DNA of 57,011 nucleotides from Kiritimatiellia bacterium (lineage in GTDB: Bacteria > Verrucomicrobiota > Kiritimatiellia > CAIQIC01 > Lenti-01), in the NCBI GenBank assembly GCA_045627965.1, contig JAZQOP010000315.1:1-57011 (forward strand). Reading direction: 5' to 3'. This document shows, piece by piece, positions 48,711-57,011 of this stretch. The position numbers and the translations under genes are program-made. Under the pieces are notes generated by a model. The model made no database searches. It saw only the letters and a program-made list of their open reading frames with translations, and had not been told where the DNA came from. Position 1 is the first letter of the stretch, and every line of letters begins with the position of its first letter.

Positions 48711-49550
48711 CTAATGCGTCCCGTAGGCCTTGCGCGCCTTGAAACCGCCCGGCTTGCGGCCGAACCCGCCGGAAGGGCCGCCAGCCTTTGCGCCAAAGCC
48801 GCCCTTTTTCCCGAATGGCTTCTTCCCGCCGAATCCTGGCTTCCCGAAGGGCTTCTTGCCGCCAAAACCGGGCTTCCCGAAAGGCTTCTTGGCAAAGGGC
48901 TTCTTGCCGAACGGCTTGCGGCCGAAGGGCTTATGGGCGAACGAACCGCCCTCCTCCTCGGCGCCATCGAACCCCTCGCCATCGCGGAACGGACGTTCGA
49001 ATTTCCGCCCGAAGGGCTTCTTGGCGCCGAAACCGGGCTTCCCAAAAGGCTTCTTCCCGAACGGCTTGGGGCCGAAGGGCTTCTTGCCGAACGGCTTGCG
49101 TCCGAAGGTCTTGCGGGCGAAGGAGGCCTCCTCCTGGAGCTCCATCCCGTCCTCGGCGGGCAGGTCCTGGCCGACGCTCTCCAGAAGCTGGCCCTCCTGG
49201 TCGGGCGCCGCGTCTTCCGCCTCACAGGGCTTGCGGCGGAAGGGCTTCCGGGCGCTGAAGGGCTTCTTCCCGAACGGCTTGCGTCCAAAGGGCTTCTTCC
49301 CGAACGGCTTGCGAGCGAAGCCTTCGCCCTCGGCGCGGGCGCCGTCGAAGGCCCCCTCTCCCTCGCCGTCGAAGTCGCGAGGACGCTTGAACCCGGGCTT
49401 GGGGCCGAAAGGCTTCCGGTCGCCGAACGGCTTGCGCCCGAACGGCTTCTTGCCCGCCTTTTCGTGAACGGCCGGGCGCGCAAATTTCTTCCGGGGGCGC
49501 CCAAAGGACTGGAACCCTGTTTCGCTGGAACTGTCGTCGTGGAAGCTCAT
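48711..49550 (-). CDS. Highly basic low-complexity protein with KPFG repeats (279 aa), function unknown
   Basis: The ORF starts with ATG and has an AAAGG motif 8 nt upstream (10 nt from its AGG core). It is co-directional with every neighbour. I count 16 exact KPFG motifs plus variants (KPGFG, KPFS, KTFG), arranged in four basic blocks separated by three acidic patches. All six frames are open here, so the strand call rests on context (see the finding). Confidence 0.55.
   Translation of the reverse strand: MSFHDDSSSETGFQSFGRPRKKFARPAVHEKAGKKPFGRKPFGDRKPFGPKPGFKRPRDFDGEGEGAFDGARAEGEGFARKPFGKKPFGRKPFGKKPFSARKPFRRKPCEAEDAAPDQEGQLLESVGQDLPAEDGMELQEEASFARKTFGRKPFGKKPFGPKPFGKKPFGKPGFGAKKPFGRKFERPFRDGEGFDGAEEEGGSFAHKPFGRKPFGKKPFAKKPFGKPGFGGKKPFGKPGFGGKKPFGKKGGFGAKAGGPSGGFGRKPGGFKARKAYGTH
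48730..49470 (-). repeat. Degenerate tandem DNA repeat with an approximately 15-21-nt period, underlying the KPFG repeats
   Basis: Strings such as gaagggcttcttgccgaacggcttgcg recur across the interval. They are reflected in five overlapping repetitive ORFs in the track. Confidence 0.7.
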
Positions 49551-49743
49551 GTCAAAAACCTTTCATTTTCCGCCCGTCCGGTCCGGGCGCGGGAACATTG
49601 CACCAGCGATGCCCCAAAAGCAAGCCCAATAACGCCGTCGGGACACATTCCGCACGTGGCAGCGAGGACAGGCACCGGAAGGGAAGGCGGCGAGCAGGCG
49701 GGAACGTCCCGCCCGCCCCTCCCCGGAGGTGGGCCCCCCGGGC

Positions 49744-52470
49744 CTATCGCGCGGCGCGGAAGGTGACGCGGGAGAGGATGCGGAGCTGGTAGAGCGTAAA
49801 GCCGACCAGGAGCGTCGCCAGCATCCAGGCGGCGGCGGTCGCAGGGCCGAACCGCAGGAACAGGAACGCCTTGTAGAAGATATGGAGGCCGGCCACCTCG
49901 GTGCCGGCCCCGCCGCCGGTCATCGCCAGGACGTTCGCCTCGGCTTGCCACGCAGCGATGAAGACGCCGACGAACTGGATCAGGATCAGCGGGCGCAGGA
50001 TGGGCACCACGACGAAGAGGACCTTGTCGGTGAACGTCGCGCCGTCCATGTCGGCCGCCTCGTAGAGCTCGTCCGGGACGCCCTTGAGGGCCGCCAGGTA
50101 GATCAGGCATCCTGGCCCCATGCCGGCCCAGAGCATCGGAAGGACGCAGGCGAACAGGGCCGTCTGCGAGGAATCGAGCCAGCGGACCGGCTCCGGGAGC
50201 GTGGCGGCGAGCCATCCCCAGGCACCGGAGCCGGCGGGCACGGCGGCCCAGATGTCGCCCAGCGGCGCCCAGGCGCCCGCAGCCGCCAGGGCCGCCGCGG
50301 CCAGCGTCGCCGCCGCCGTCCAGCGACGGCCGTGGCGCACGATGCGCAACGCCAGATGGAGGCCGGCCGCCAGCGCCGCGCCGCCCAGCGCCATCCACAC
50401 CCAGGCGGGAGCCGCCAACACGATGCGGTTGACGATGCCGGCCTCGGACGGCTCGTAGAACGTCTTCCACAGCAGGATGACGACCAGGCCCGTGATGGCG
50501 GCGGGCAGATAGAAGAGCAGGCGGAACAGAACCTTCCCGTGCGGCACCTCCTGCAGCAGGACGGCCAGCAGGACGGGTGGGACAAACGTCAGGCCGATGA
50601 CCCATCCGGCATAGCGCGCGCTGGTCCAGAGCGCCTGCCACCAGCCGGCATCCCAGAGCAGGTTCGCAAAATTGTCTAGCCAGGTGAAGGTCGAGGCGCC
50701 AAAGATCCGGTAGTCGTAGAACGCCATCGCCGACCCGCGGACAAGCGGGATGTAGGCCCAAATCAAGATCGTCAGCGCCGCCGGCGCCAGCAGCAATGCC
50801 GCCCCCCACGGGAAGCGGCGCTTGCGCCGAGGAGCCGGCGACAGCCCGCCGGCCGGCTTCGGCCCCGCCTTTTTCTCCGCCTTAGCCGGCCAAAAGATAC
50901 GCGCCATCTGCCGCGCCGCCGCCACGATGCCGGCCAGGATGCACAGCAGCAAAACACCGGCGGCCAGGCGGCGCTTCCGCATTTCGCCGGGCAGGACGCG
51001 GCCCAGCAGCTCGGCGTCGGCCTGGACCTTGGCGTCCCCGAGCAGGCCGAGGAGGACCGCACGGCGCTCCGCCGCATCCGCAGGGAGGCGTCCCGACAGC
51101 GAAAGCTCCTCGGCGCGCCGGATCGGCACCGTCAAGATGTCGTAGAGGGCATTGGCGTTCTGGCCGTAGGGCTCGGGCTGGGCCTCGTCGAGGGCGATCC
51201 GCATGATTTCGCGCCAGCCGTCCGGCAGCTCGTCCGCGACATGGGCATAGCCCAGCGACTCCAGGACGTCGGCGTCGAGGAAGCGCCCCATGCCGCCCTC
51301 GACCAGGAAGCGCGTGCGGATGGCCGTTGCCTCGGGGCTGTTCTGGAAGGCCATGTATTCCCAGGCCGCGTCGCGCACCCAGGCGTTGGTCGTCCCGGCG
51401 AAAAGGCCCATCATCCGCGAATTGATCTCCGTCCCGCGGCAGGCGGGGCCGATCGGCATGGGCGCCAGGCCTGTCAGGTCGGGGTTCAGGTTGGCAAAGA
51501 GGGCCGGATCGATGTAGGCGAAGCGCATCCCCAGCTGCCCGTTGCGCCACTTCTGCGACGATTCCGACGTATCCTTGACCACGTAGCCGCGCCGCCGCCG
51601 CCCCTGCGCATCGGTCCACGCCTCGGTCGTCAGCGCGACGTAGAAGTCCAGCGCCTCGGCCCCCGCCTCCGTCGCAAACGCCGCCGTCCATTGCCTTTCC
51701 TGTGCATCCCAGGCCAGCGCGTCGCCGCCCGCCCCCCACAGGAACGGCAGCCAGAGGTAGGACTCGTCCTTTCCGCGCGACAGCCCCACCCCGTAGACCC
51801 CGTTCGCCGGGTCGCAGATCGCCTGGCACGTCGCCTTGAAATCGGCCCACGTCCAGTCCGGCGCCGGCGCCGCCACCCCCGCCCGCTCGAACAGGTCCTT
51901 CCGCCACAGGACGACGCGGCCGAGCGGCGGGCTGCTCGGGATTGCCCAGAAATGCATCCGGCCGTCGGCCCCCTCGCGCTCGACGACGGGGCGGATCTTC
52001 GGGTGCACGCGCCGCGCCAGCTCCTCCGGCGGGAATTCCGCAAAATAGCCGTCCAGCGGGGCCAGGAAGCCCTGGCGGATGTAGGTGTCCGACTGCCGGA
52101 AGTTGACATAGAGGACGTCGGGCGCGACATTGCCCGCGATGGCCAGCAGGGTCGATTCGACCCCCTCGACCTGGATCCCGGAAAACCGGTGCAGCGCCAC
52201 CCGGACGCCCCGGCCGTCCGGCAGCCCCTCGTCGCGCGCCGCCGCCCGTGCCGCCAGCCGAGCCCCCGCCCCCTCCTCGAAAGCCTTCAGGACGGCCAGT
52301 TCGCCGCGCGTAGCCGGGTCGGTGCGCGAGGCGTCCGGCAGGTCGAAGACCGTCAGGTGGACGATCCGCTCCGTCGGCGCATCCTCCACCCAGCCGGCCT
52401 GCGCCGCCGCCGCCATCGACAGCAGCGCGACGGCCATCCGCGCCAGGGCGGCTTTCCAGCACCGCGCCAT
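49744..52470 (-). CDS. Fusion of an ABC-transporter periplasmic solute-binding domain (family 1, sugar type) with a MalF/UgpA-type permease domain
   Basis: 908 aa. It starts with a signal peptide (MARCWKAALARMAVALLSMAAAAQA). About 480 aa then look like a solute-binding protein. A linker TM helix follows (RRLAAGVLLLCILAGIVAAARQMARIFW), then a basic cytoplasmic segment. The C-terminal part is a polytopic permease with the EAA loop (ELYEAADMDGATFTDKVLFVVVPILRP). Confidence 0.8.
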   Translation of the reverse strand: MARCWKAALARMAVALLSMAAAAQAGWVEDAPTERIVHLTVFDLPDASRTDPATRGELAVLKAFEEGAGARLAARAAARDEGLPDGRGVRVALHRFSGIQVEGVESTLLAIAGNVAPDVLYVNFRQSDTYIRQGFLAPLDGYFAEFPPEELARRVHPKIRPVVEREGADGRMHFWAIPSSPPLGRVVLWRKDLFERAGVAAPAPDWTWADFKATCQAICDPANGVYGVGLSRGKDESYLWLPFLWGAGGDALAWDAQERQWTAAFATEAGAEALDFYVALTTEAWTDAQGRRRRGYVVKDTSESSQKWRNGQLGMRFAYIDPALFANLNPDLTGLAPMPIGPACRGTEINSRMMGLFAGTTNAWVRDAAWEYMAFQNSPEATAIRTRFLVEGGMGRFLDADVLESLGYAHVADELPDGWREIMRIALDEAQPEPYGQNANALYDILTVPIRRAEELSLSGRLPADAAERRAVLLGLLGDAKVQADAELLGRVLPGEMRKRRLAAGVLLLCILAGIVAAARQMARIFWPAKAEKKAGPKPAGGLSPAPRRKRRFPWGAALLLAPAALTILIWAYIPLVRGSAMAFYDYRIFGASTFTWLDNFANLLWDAGWWQALWTSARYAGWVIGLTFVPPVLLAVLLQEVPHGKVLFRLLFYLPAAITGLVVILLWKTFYEPSEAGIVNRIVLAAPAWVWMALGGAALAAGLHLALRIVRHGRRWTAAATLAAAALAAAGAWAPLGDIWAAVPAGSGAWGWLAATLPEPVRWLDSSQTALFACVLPMLWAGMGPGCLIYLAALKGVPDELYEAADMDGATFTDKVLFVVVPILRPLILIQFVGVFIAAWQAEANVLAMTGGGAGTEVAGLHIFYKAFLFLRFGPATAAAWMLATLLVGFTLYQLRILSRVTFRAAR

Positions 52471-52483
52471 CCGGCCCGCCCGC

Positions 52484-53908
52484 CTACGCCAGCCCCGCCG
52501 CGACCTTCCGCACCTGGTCGGCCGTCGCCGCGACCGTCCCCGTGTCCAGCGTCTCGTTCAGCGAGTGCGGATGCTCGACCGTCGGGCCGATCGACACCAT
52601 CGGGAGTCCTGGCATCTTCCGCCAAAACGCAGAGCATTCCAGCCCGACGTGCGCCTTGACCGCCCGGCATCCCGTGCCCGCCGCCACGGCCTTGTCCACC
52701 CAGGCCGACGGGGCCGGATTCCACGGGGCCGCCCCTTCCGGCGGCGTGCACTCGAACCCCAGCTCCGCCCCCAGCCGCCGATAGGCCTCGCACCACTCCG
52801 CCAAGGCCTCGTCGCTGTGCGCGCGGACCGTCACGACCACCCGTGCCGGCGCATTCGGGACTGCGTGCATCAGCGAGGCGATCCCGATGTTCGCCGACAC
52901 CTCGGGACACCCCCCCTCCCCCGCCTTCAGGACGCCCGACGGGCACCGGCCCAGCAACTCCAGGAACTCCGCCGAATCCTCCGCCGAGAGGCAGTAGACG
53001 CTCGCCTTCGCCTCCGTCCCCAGCGCCCCGACGGGGATCGACGCCCCGGCCGGCGCCCCCGCCAGCAGCACGCCCCGCAACGTCGTCAGGTCATGCGGCG
53101 TCCCGGGATGGTTCGACGTAAACGTCAAGATCGCGTTCTGCGGGATCGCGTTCCCGGCCGAGCCGCCCACGAACGCATGGATGCGCGGCCGCAGCGTCGA
53201 CAGCCCCAGCGCCATCGACTTCGCCAGCACCAGGATCGGGTTCGGCACCCCGCGCCCGATGTCCATCCCCGAATGCCCCCCGGGGAAATCCCGCAGCGCC
53301 ACCGTATAGGCATGGGCCGCCGGCGCCGGTTCCCAGCTCCCGAACTTGCGGCTCAGCGTCAGGATCTTGCAGCCCGCCGACGCCACGCACGCCTCGCCCG
53401 CGCGCTCCCAGTCCACATTCAACAGCCCCTGCGCCCCCTCCAGCCACGACACGTCCAGGTTCTCCGCCCCCACCATCGTCGTCTCCTCCTCCACCGTAAA
53501 GATCGCCCGGAGCGCCGGATGGCTCGCCGGCGGGTCGGCCAGGACGGACAGGATGATGGCGATCCCGATGCCGTCGTCCGCCCCCAGCGTCGAGCGTTCC
53601 GCCCGCAGCGTCCGACCATCCGCGGCCAGCACGGGGACGGGCGTCCCGTCGGGATCCGGCGCCGCCACCATGTCCAGGTGCGCCTGCAGGATGACCGCCC
53701 CCTCCCCCTCGCGCCCGGCCGTCGCCGGCAGGTCCAGGCGCACATTCCCCGCCGTGTCGCGGCGCCCTTCCAGCCCGCGCGCCTTCGCCCAGCCGAGCAC
53801 GAACTCCGCCACCGCGCCTTCGCGGCCCGACGGGCGCGGGATCTTCGCAATCTCCAAAAACAAGTCCACGATGCCCGGCACGCGGCCGTCCGACACCTGA
53901 ATATCCAT
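52484..53908 (-). CDS. pepD: Aminoacyl-histidine (Xaa-His) dipeptidase, M20C family
   Basis: I chose the internal start MDIQVSDGRVPGIVDLFLEIAKIPRPSG at 53908 (474 aa), with AAGAGG 8 nt upstream. The sequence aligns by eye with E. coli PepD: WAK..G, VILQAHLDMV, TLGADDGIG, GGHSG, HxGLEC and MVSIGPTxxxPHSxxE. Confidence 0.85.
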   Translation of the reverse strand: MDIQVSDGRVPGIVDLFLEIAKIPRPSGREGAVAEFVLGWAKARGLEGRRDTAGNVRLDLPATAGREGEGAVILQAHLDMVAAPDPDGTPVPVLAADGRTLRAERSTLGADDGIGIAIILSVLADPPASHPALRAIFTVEEETTMVGAENLDVSWLEGAQGLLNVDWERAGEACVASAGCKILTLSRKFGSWEPAPAAHAYTVALRDFPGGHSGMDIGRGVPNPILVLAKSMALGLSTLRPRIHAFVGGSAGNAIPQNAILTFTSNHPGTPHDLTTLRGVLLAGAPAGASIPVGALGTEAKASVYCLSAEDSAEFLELLGRCPSGVLKAGEGGCPEVSANIGIASLMHAVPNAPARVVVTVRAHSDEALAEWCEAYRRLGAELGFECTPPEGAAPWNPAPSAWVDKAVAAGTGCRAVKAHVGLECSAFWRKMPGLPMVSIGPTVEHPHSLNETLDTGTVAATADQVRKVAAGLA

Positions 53909-54025
53909 GGCAAAACCTCTTTCCCGGCGCACACTTCCGCGCCGTCCCCCCATCCTACCGCCCCGCCCCCCCGTCCGCAAGCCCGACGTTGGCGGCAGGC
54001 CCGGCGGATTGCGGCAGGAGCGCGC

Positions 54026-57011
54026 TCAGGGCATGCCGGGCCAGGTCACCTTGATCAGGTAGAACACGGGCGAGGAGGGCGGTGCCTGGGTGATCGACGT
54101 CTGGCTGGCGGGCAGGCCGCCCTGGACCTCGGCGAACGGCTGCAGCAGGTTCGTCGTCGACCAGAGGCTGTAGACGCGGCCGGGGGCCGTCGGCCAGGCC
54201 AGCGCAACCGTCCCGTCCGCGGCGTCCGCGACGACGCAATGCTCGATGGCCAGGTAGGATGTCGCATCGGCGGCCAGGGTCCCCGCAACATATTCCGACC
54301 AGTTGTCCACCCCGTCGCCGTCGCTATCGGCCGTCCTGGACACGTTGGTCACGCAGCCGAACTGCTCGATTTCCCACTCGTCGGGGAAGCCGTTGGCGTT
54401 GCTGTCGACGGACGCCAGGGTGATGGACTGCACCGCCGACCATCCCGAGGCGACGTCCCCGCCGTAGTCCGTCCTGACCCGCACATAGTAGGGCGTGTCC
54501 GGCGAGAGCCCCGCAAAGGCATAGGACGTCCCCGCCGTCGTCGTGTCGACCAGCACGCCCGAAAGGTCGCGGAACGTGACGCCGATGTCGTCGACGTAGC
54601 GCTCCGCCGTCCCGGAGGCCCGTCCGTCGCGGAACCGGACGCGCACGCTCGGCCAGCGCGACAGGTCCTGCGTGCAGCGGACGATCGCGGTAGAGCTGCC
54701 CGTCAGCGTGTTCGTCGCCACGGGCGTCCAGGAATCCGGCGCGGACGGCACGGCCACCTCGAGCACCAGCGGCCATTCCGCCGTGTTGCCCGTCTTGCGG
54801 ATGCCGTAGGTCAGCGTCGACGGATTTTCCAGCCACGGCGAAACCAGCGTTTTGCCCGCCGCCTTGAACACGGCGACGCCGCTCCCCGTCGTGGACGTCC
54901 CCGACATCGAATAGCTCGCCTTGTTCGTCGCGACAACCGCCGTCCCCGACCAGCCCGCCGGGTAGTTCGTCGTTCCCTCGAAGTCGACCGCGATCGGGGC
55001 CTGCCCGCCGCCCGACGAGGAAAAGTCCGCCGTGGCCGCCAGCTGGAGGCGGTAGCCGGCCGCCGCCGCCACGGCGCCCCAGCTCGCCTGGAATCCGCTC
55101 CCCGTCGCCGCCCCCAGCGCCAGTGTCGGCGCCGTCGCCGTGGCCGTCAGGGAGAACGTGCGGCTTGCCGTCCCATAGGCGTTGCTGGCAATGACGGTCA
55201 CCGTCCGCGTCCCGAGGTCCGCCGCCGCCGGCGTAAACCGGAGGGTCGCCGTCGCCGACGAGCCCGATGACGACGCCCCCGAAAGCGTCACCGTCCCGGC
55301 GGCCGTCGTCGAGGCGACGGAAAGCGACGGCGCGGGCGAGCCCGACGCGCTGACCGTCCGCGTGACCTCGACGCCGATGGGGGTGGACGGGGTCGAGGAC
55401 CATGCCGACAGCGTCGGGGCCGTCCCGCCGGCCGTCGTCGTGGCCGACGTGGCCGTCCAGATGCCCTTGACCGGCGTGTTCGAGACCGCCTGGATGCGGA
55501 AATAATACGTCGTCGACGCCGCCAGGTCCGTCAGCGCCATCTTCTTCGCCGTGGTGCTTTTCGGGAAGCCGGGCACGCGCGCCGCGTCCGAGTAGCGCCC
55601 TGCGCCCCCCATCGTGACGCGCAAATTCTTGATGCCGGCACCGCGCAACGACCCCGACGTCGAATCCGCATGGCGCTCCGCGTTCGGCGCCACGATGCGG
55701 AACACGATGGACGTCCCGTCGAGCGCCGCCGCCCCCAGCGTCGCCGAAAACGCCTTCCAGCCCGTCGTGTCGCCCGTATCGGACGCCGTCTGCGTCCCCA
55801 GCGTGTTCCACGCGCCACCGTCGAGCTTGTAATCCACGCGGATCCGCGTGCATTCCAGCCCGACGGTCGCATTGGCCGCGTTCCAGGCCCCGTTGCTGAA
55901 CGCCAACGTCACCGACGTCGCCCCGTCGAGCGACAGCGGCGCCGACTGGATGGCCTGCCCGGGATAGCCGACCAGGTAGTGCCCCGCGTAGATGGGCGAA
56001 AACGAGTAGCCCGGCCCCGCCGCAAGGTTCGTCGACGTCGTCACCGTGCGCACCGTCCCCGTATAGCACCACGACTGCCCCGGCAGGAACGCGTTCGTGC
56101 CCAGCGGCGCCGCCGGGCAGGCCGTCGTCGTCGCCGGATAGGCCGCCGTCGTCGCGTCGACCCGGTAGCCCGTCGCCCCCTGGACCGCCGGCCAGGCGAA
56201 TGTCGCCCCCGAGGCCGTAAGGTTCGACACGCTCAGCGGCGACACCTCCATCCCCGCGCGGAACGGCAGCGTCGCCGACCACGCCGTCGCCGCAACCGGA
56301 CGGACGCGCGCATAGTAGAGGCGCCCCGCCGTCAGCCCCGCCAGCGCCAGCGAGTGCCCTGGGACGCTGCCGCCGGACGTCGTCCCTCGGATGTCCAGCC
56401 CATGCACCAGCACCGTCGGCCCCGCGGACGACGTGCATTGGATCCTGAGCCGCACCCCCGACGCCCCCGCCAGCCCCGCCGGAATGTTGTAGACGTTCGT
56501 CGTGATGGCCGAATTGCTGGGCGCCGGCGCATCGAACAGCCGCGTGAACGTGCCCCCGCCGTCGGTCGAGGCGGAAACCGTCGCCTTGCGATACTCCGTG
56601 TTGCTCGTCCCCGCGGCGCGCGTCCGGACGACGATTTGCGTCACCGTCCCGTCGAACGGCGGCGTCACGATGTAGGAATTGCTCACCGTGAGGTAGACGT
56701 AGCCCGTATCGCCATAGGTCGTCAGCCCCGGCCGCACCTGCACGTTGTAGAGCGTCCATGGCCGCCCCGCCACGCTGACGCCCGTCGCCGATGTGCCGAC
56801 GTTGTTCGTCACCCACCCGTCCGTCGCCGAAAAATCGCTCCTCGATTCCGCCGCCACCGTCGTCGCGTAGTGGAACGCCGTGAAGTCGGCATCCGTCGCC
56901 ACCTGCAGCGAATAGCCGCCCGTCGCCCCCGCCGTCTCCGTCCAGCGCAGCAGCGCCGTCGAGGCCGCGACGCCGTGCACGGAAAGCTTCGACGTATTGT
57001 TCGTCGTCCCG
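54026..57011 (-). CDS. Large secreted protein of FN3-like repeats, 5' end outside the window. It ends with a TSP3-like motif and a terminal beta-sandwich.
   Basis: The track ORF begins at GTG 56980. The same frame stays open to 57011 (upstream codons read GTTNNTSKLS). FN3-like signatures recur: GY(S/R)LQ(V/L)A(T/-)xADF..., YYARVRP, YYFRIQAV and YYVRVRT. The C-terminus reads DSDGDGVDNWSEYVAGT...VALAWPTAPGRVYSLWSTTNLLQPFAEV...PVFYLIKV. Confidence 0.8.
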   Translation of the reverse strand, partial: GTTNNTSKLSVHGVAASTALLRWTETAGATGGYSLQVATDADFTAFHYATTVAAESRSDFSATDGWVTNNVGTSATGVSVAGRPWTLYNVQVRPGLTTYGDTGYVYLTVSNSYIVTPPFDGTVTQIVVRTRAAGTSNTEYRKATVSASTDGGGTFTRLFDAPAPSNSAITTNVYNIPAGLAGASGVRLRIQCTSSAGPTVLVHGLDIRGTTSGGSVPGHSLALAGLTAGRLYYARVRPVAATAWSATLPFRAGMEVSPLSVSNLTASGATFAWPAVQGATGYRVDATTAAYPATTTACPAAPLGTNAFLPGQSWCYTGTVRTVTTSTNLAAGPGYSFSPIYAGHYLVGYPGQAIQSAPLSLDGATSVTLAFSNGAWNAANATVGLECTRIRVDYKLDGGAWNTLGTQTASDTGDTTGWKAFSATLGAAALDGTSIVFRIVAPNAERHADSTSGSLRGAGIKNLRVTMGGAGRYSDAARVPGFPKSTTAKKMALTDLAASTTYYFRIQAVSNTPVKGIWTATSATTTAGGTAPTLSAWSSTPSTPIGVEVTRTVSASGSPAPSLSVASTTAAGTVTLSGASSSGSSATATLRFTPAAADLGTRTVTVIASNAYGTASRTFSLTATATAPTLALGAATGSGFQASWGAVAAAAGYRLQLAATADFSSSGGGQAPIAVDFEGTTNYPAGWSGTAVVATNKASYSMSGTSTTGSGVAVFKAAGKTLVSPWLENPSTLTYGIRKTGNTAEWPLVLEVAVPSAPDSWTPVATNTLTGSSTAIVRCTQDLSRWPSVRVRFRDGRASGTAERYVDDIGVTFRDLSGVLVDTTTAGTSYAFAGLSPDTPYYVRVRTDYGGDVASGWSAVQSITLASVDSNANGFPDEWEIEQFGCVTNVSRTADSDGDGVDNWSEYVAGTLAADATSYLAIEHCVVADAADGTVALAWPTAPGRVYSLWSTTNLLQPFAEVQGGLPASQTSITQAPPSSPVFYLIKVTWPGMP

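Noticed and set aside
48590-49766. Four alternative ORFs across the KPFG repeat (304 aa on the minus strand; 350, 245 and 156 aa on the + strand)
   Set aside because: All are by-products of the tandem repeat. The 350-aa + ORF runs into the end of the ABC-fusion gene, and the 304-aa minus frame is Ser/Arg/Pro-rich. The 279-aa minus frame has an ATG, an SD-like motif and co-orientation with its neighbours. The PKGF-encoding + frame cannot be fully excluded.
52130-55270. A 1,046-aa ORF on the + strand spanning three minus-strand genes
   Set aside because: It crosses the 5' end of the ABC-fusion gene, all of pepD and the 3' end of the FN3 gene, including the intergenic spacers. Its composition is Arg/Pro-rich, and the minus-strand genes carry strong family motifs.
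1-57011. A search by eye for tRNA, rRNA, transposase or integrase genes, inverted terminal repeats and att-like direct repeats at the compositional break
   Set aside because: I found none. All long ORFs are accounted for by the 13 genes listed. I saw no flanking direct repeats around 6.4-6.9 kb.

Overview
All 13 genes I can support in this 57-kb window lie on the minus strand. The sequence is high in G+C except at its left end.

Right to left, the genes are:
- a 5'-truncated secreted protein built from FN3-like repeats (54026..57011)
- pepD
- a fusion of an ABC substrate-binding protein and a permease
- an odd basic protein with KPFG repeats
- a tightly packed cell-shape cluster, mreB-mreC-mreD-mrdA-rodA-rng, ending in a clear intrinsic terminator
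- a 477-nt non-coding gap containing an AT-rich island
- a three-gene locus of secreted proteins that fills about 70% of the window

The three-gene locus consists of:
- a 248-aa secreted protein (39991..40737)
- an uninterrupted 11,188-codon giant ORF (6413..39979)
- a further ORF of at least 2,132 codons (1..6397), starting 15 nt downstream. The supplied six-frame track does not list it, because it runs off the left edge without a stop codon.

The giant protein reads, from N to C terminus:
- signal peptide
- about 1,400 aa of BspA-type leucine-rich repeats
- 14 tandem modules, each a beta-helix followed by an InlB-B-repeat-like domain. One module carries a CUB-like insertion.
- three glycine-rich beta-helix modules
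- a stalk of FN3 and Ig-like domains with no sorting signal I can recognise

The last ~130 codons of the giant ORF and the whole downstream ORF are markedly AT-richer than the rest of the window. This points to a mosaic or horizontally acquired origin, or to a chimeric assembly.

I found no rRNA, tRNA, CRISPR array or mobile-element genes. Every domain call is motif recognition by eye on translated sequence; no database search was run. Sub-gene coordinates are approximate (about +/-30 nt).
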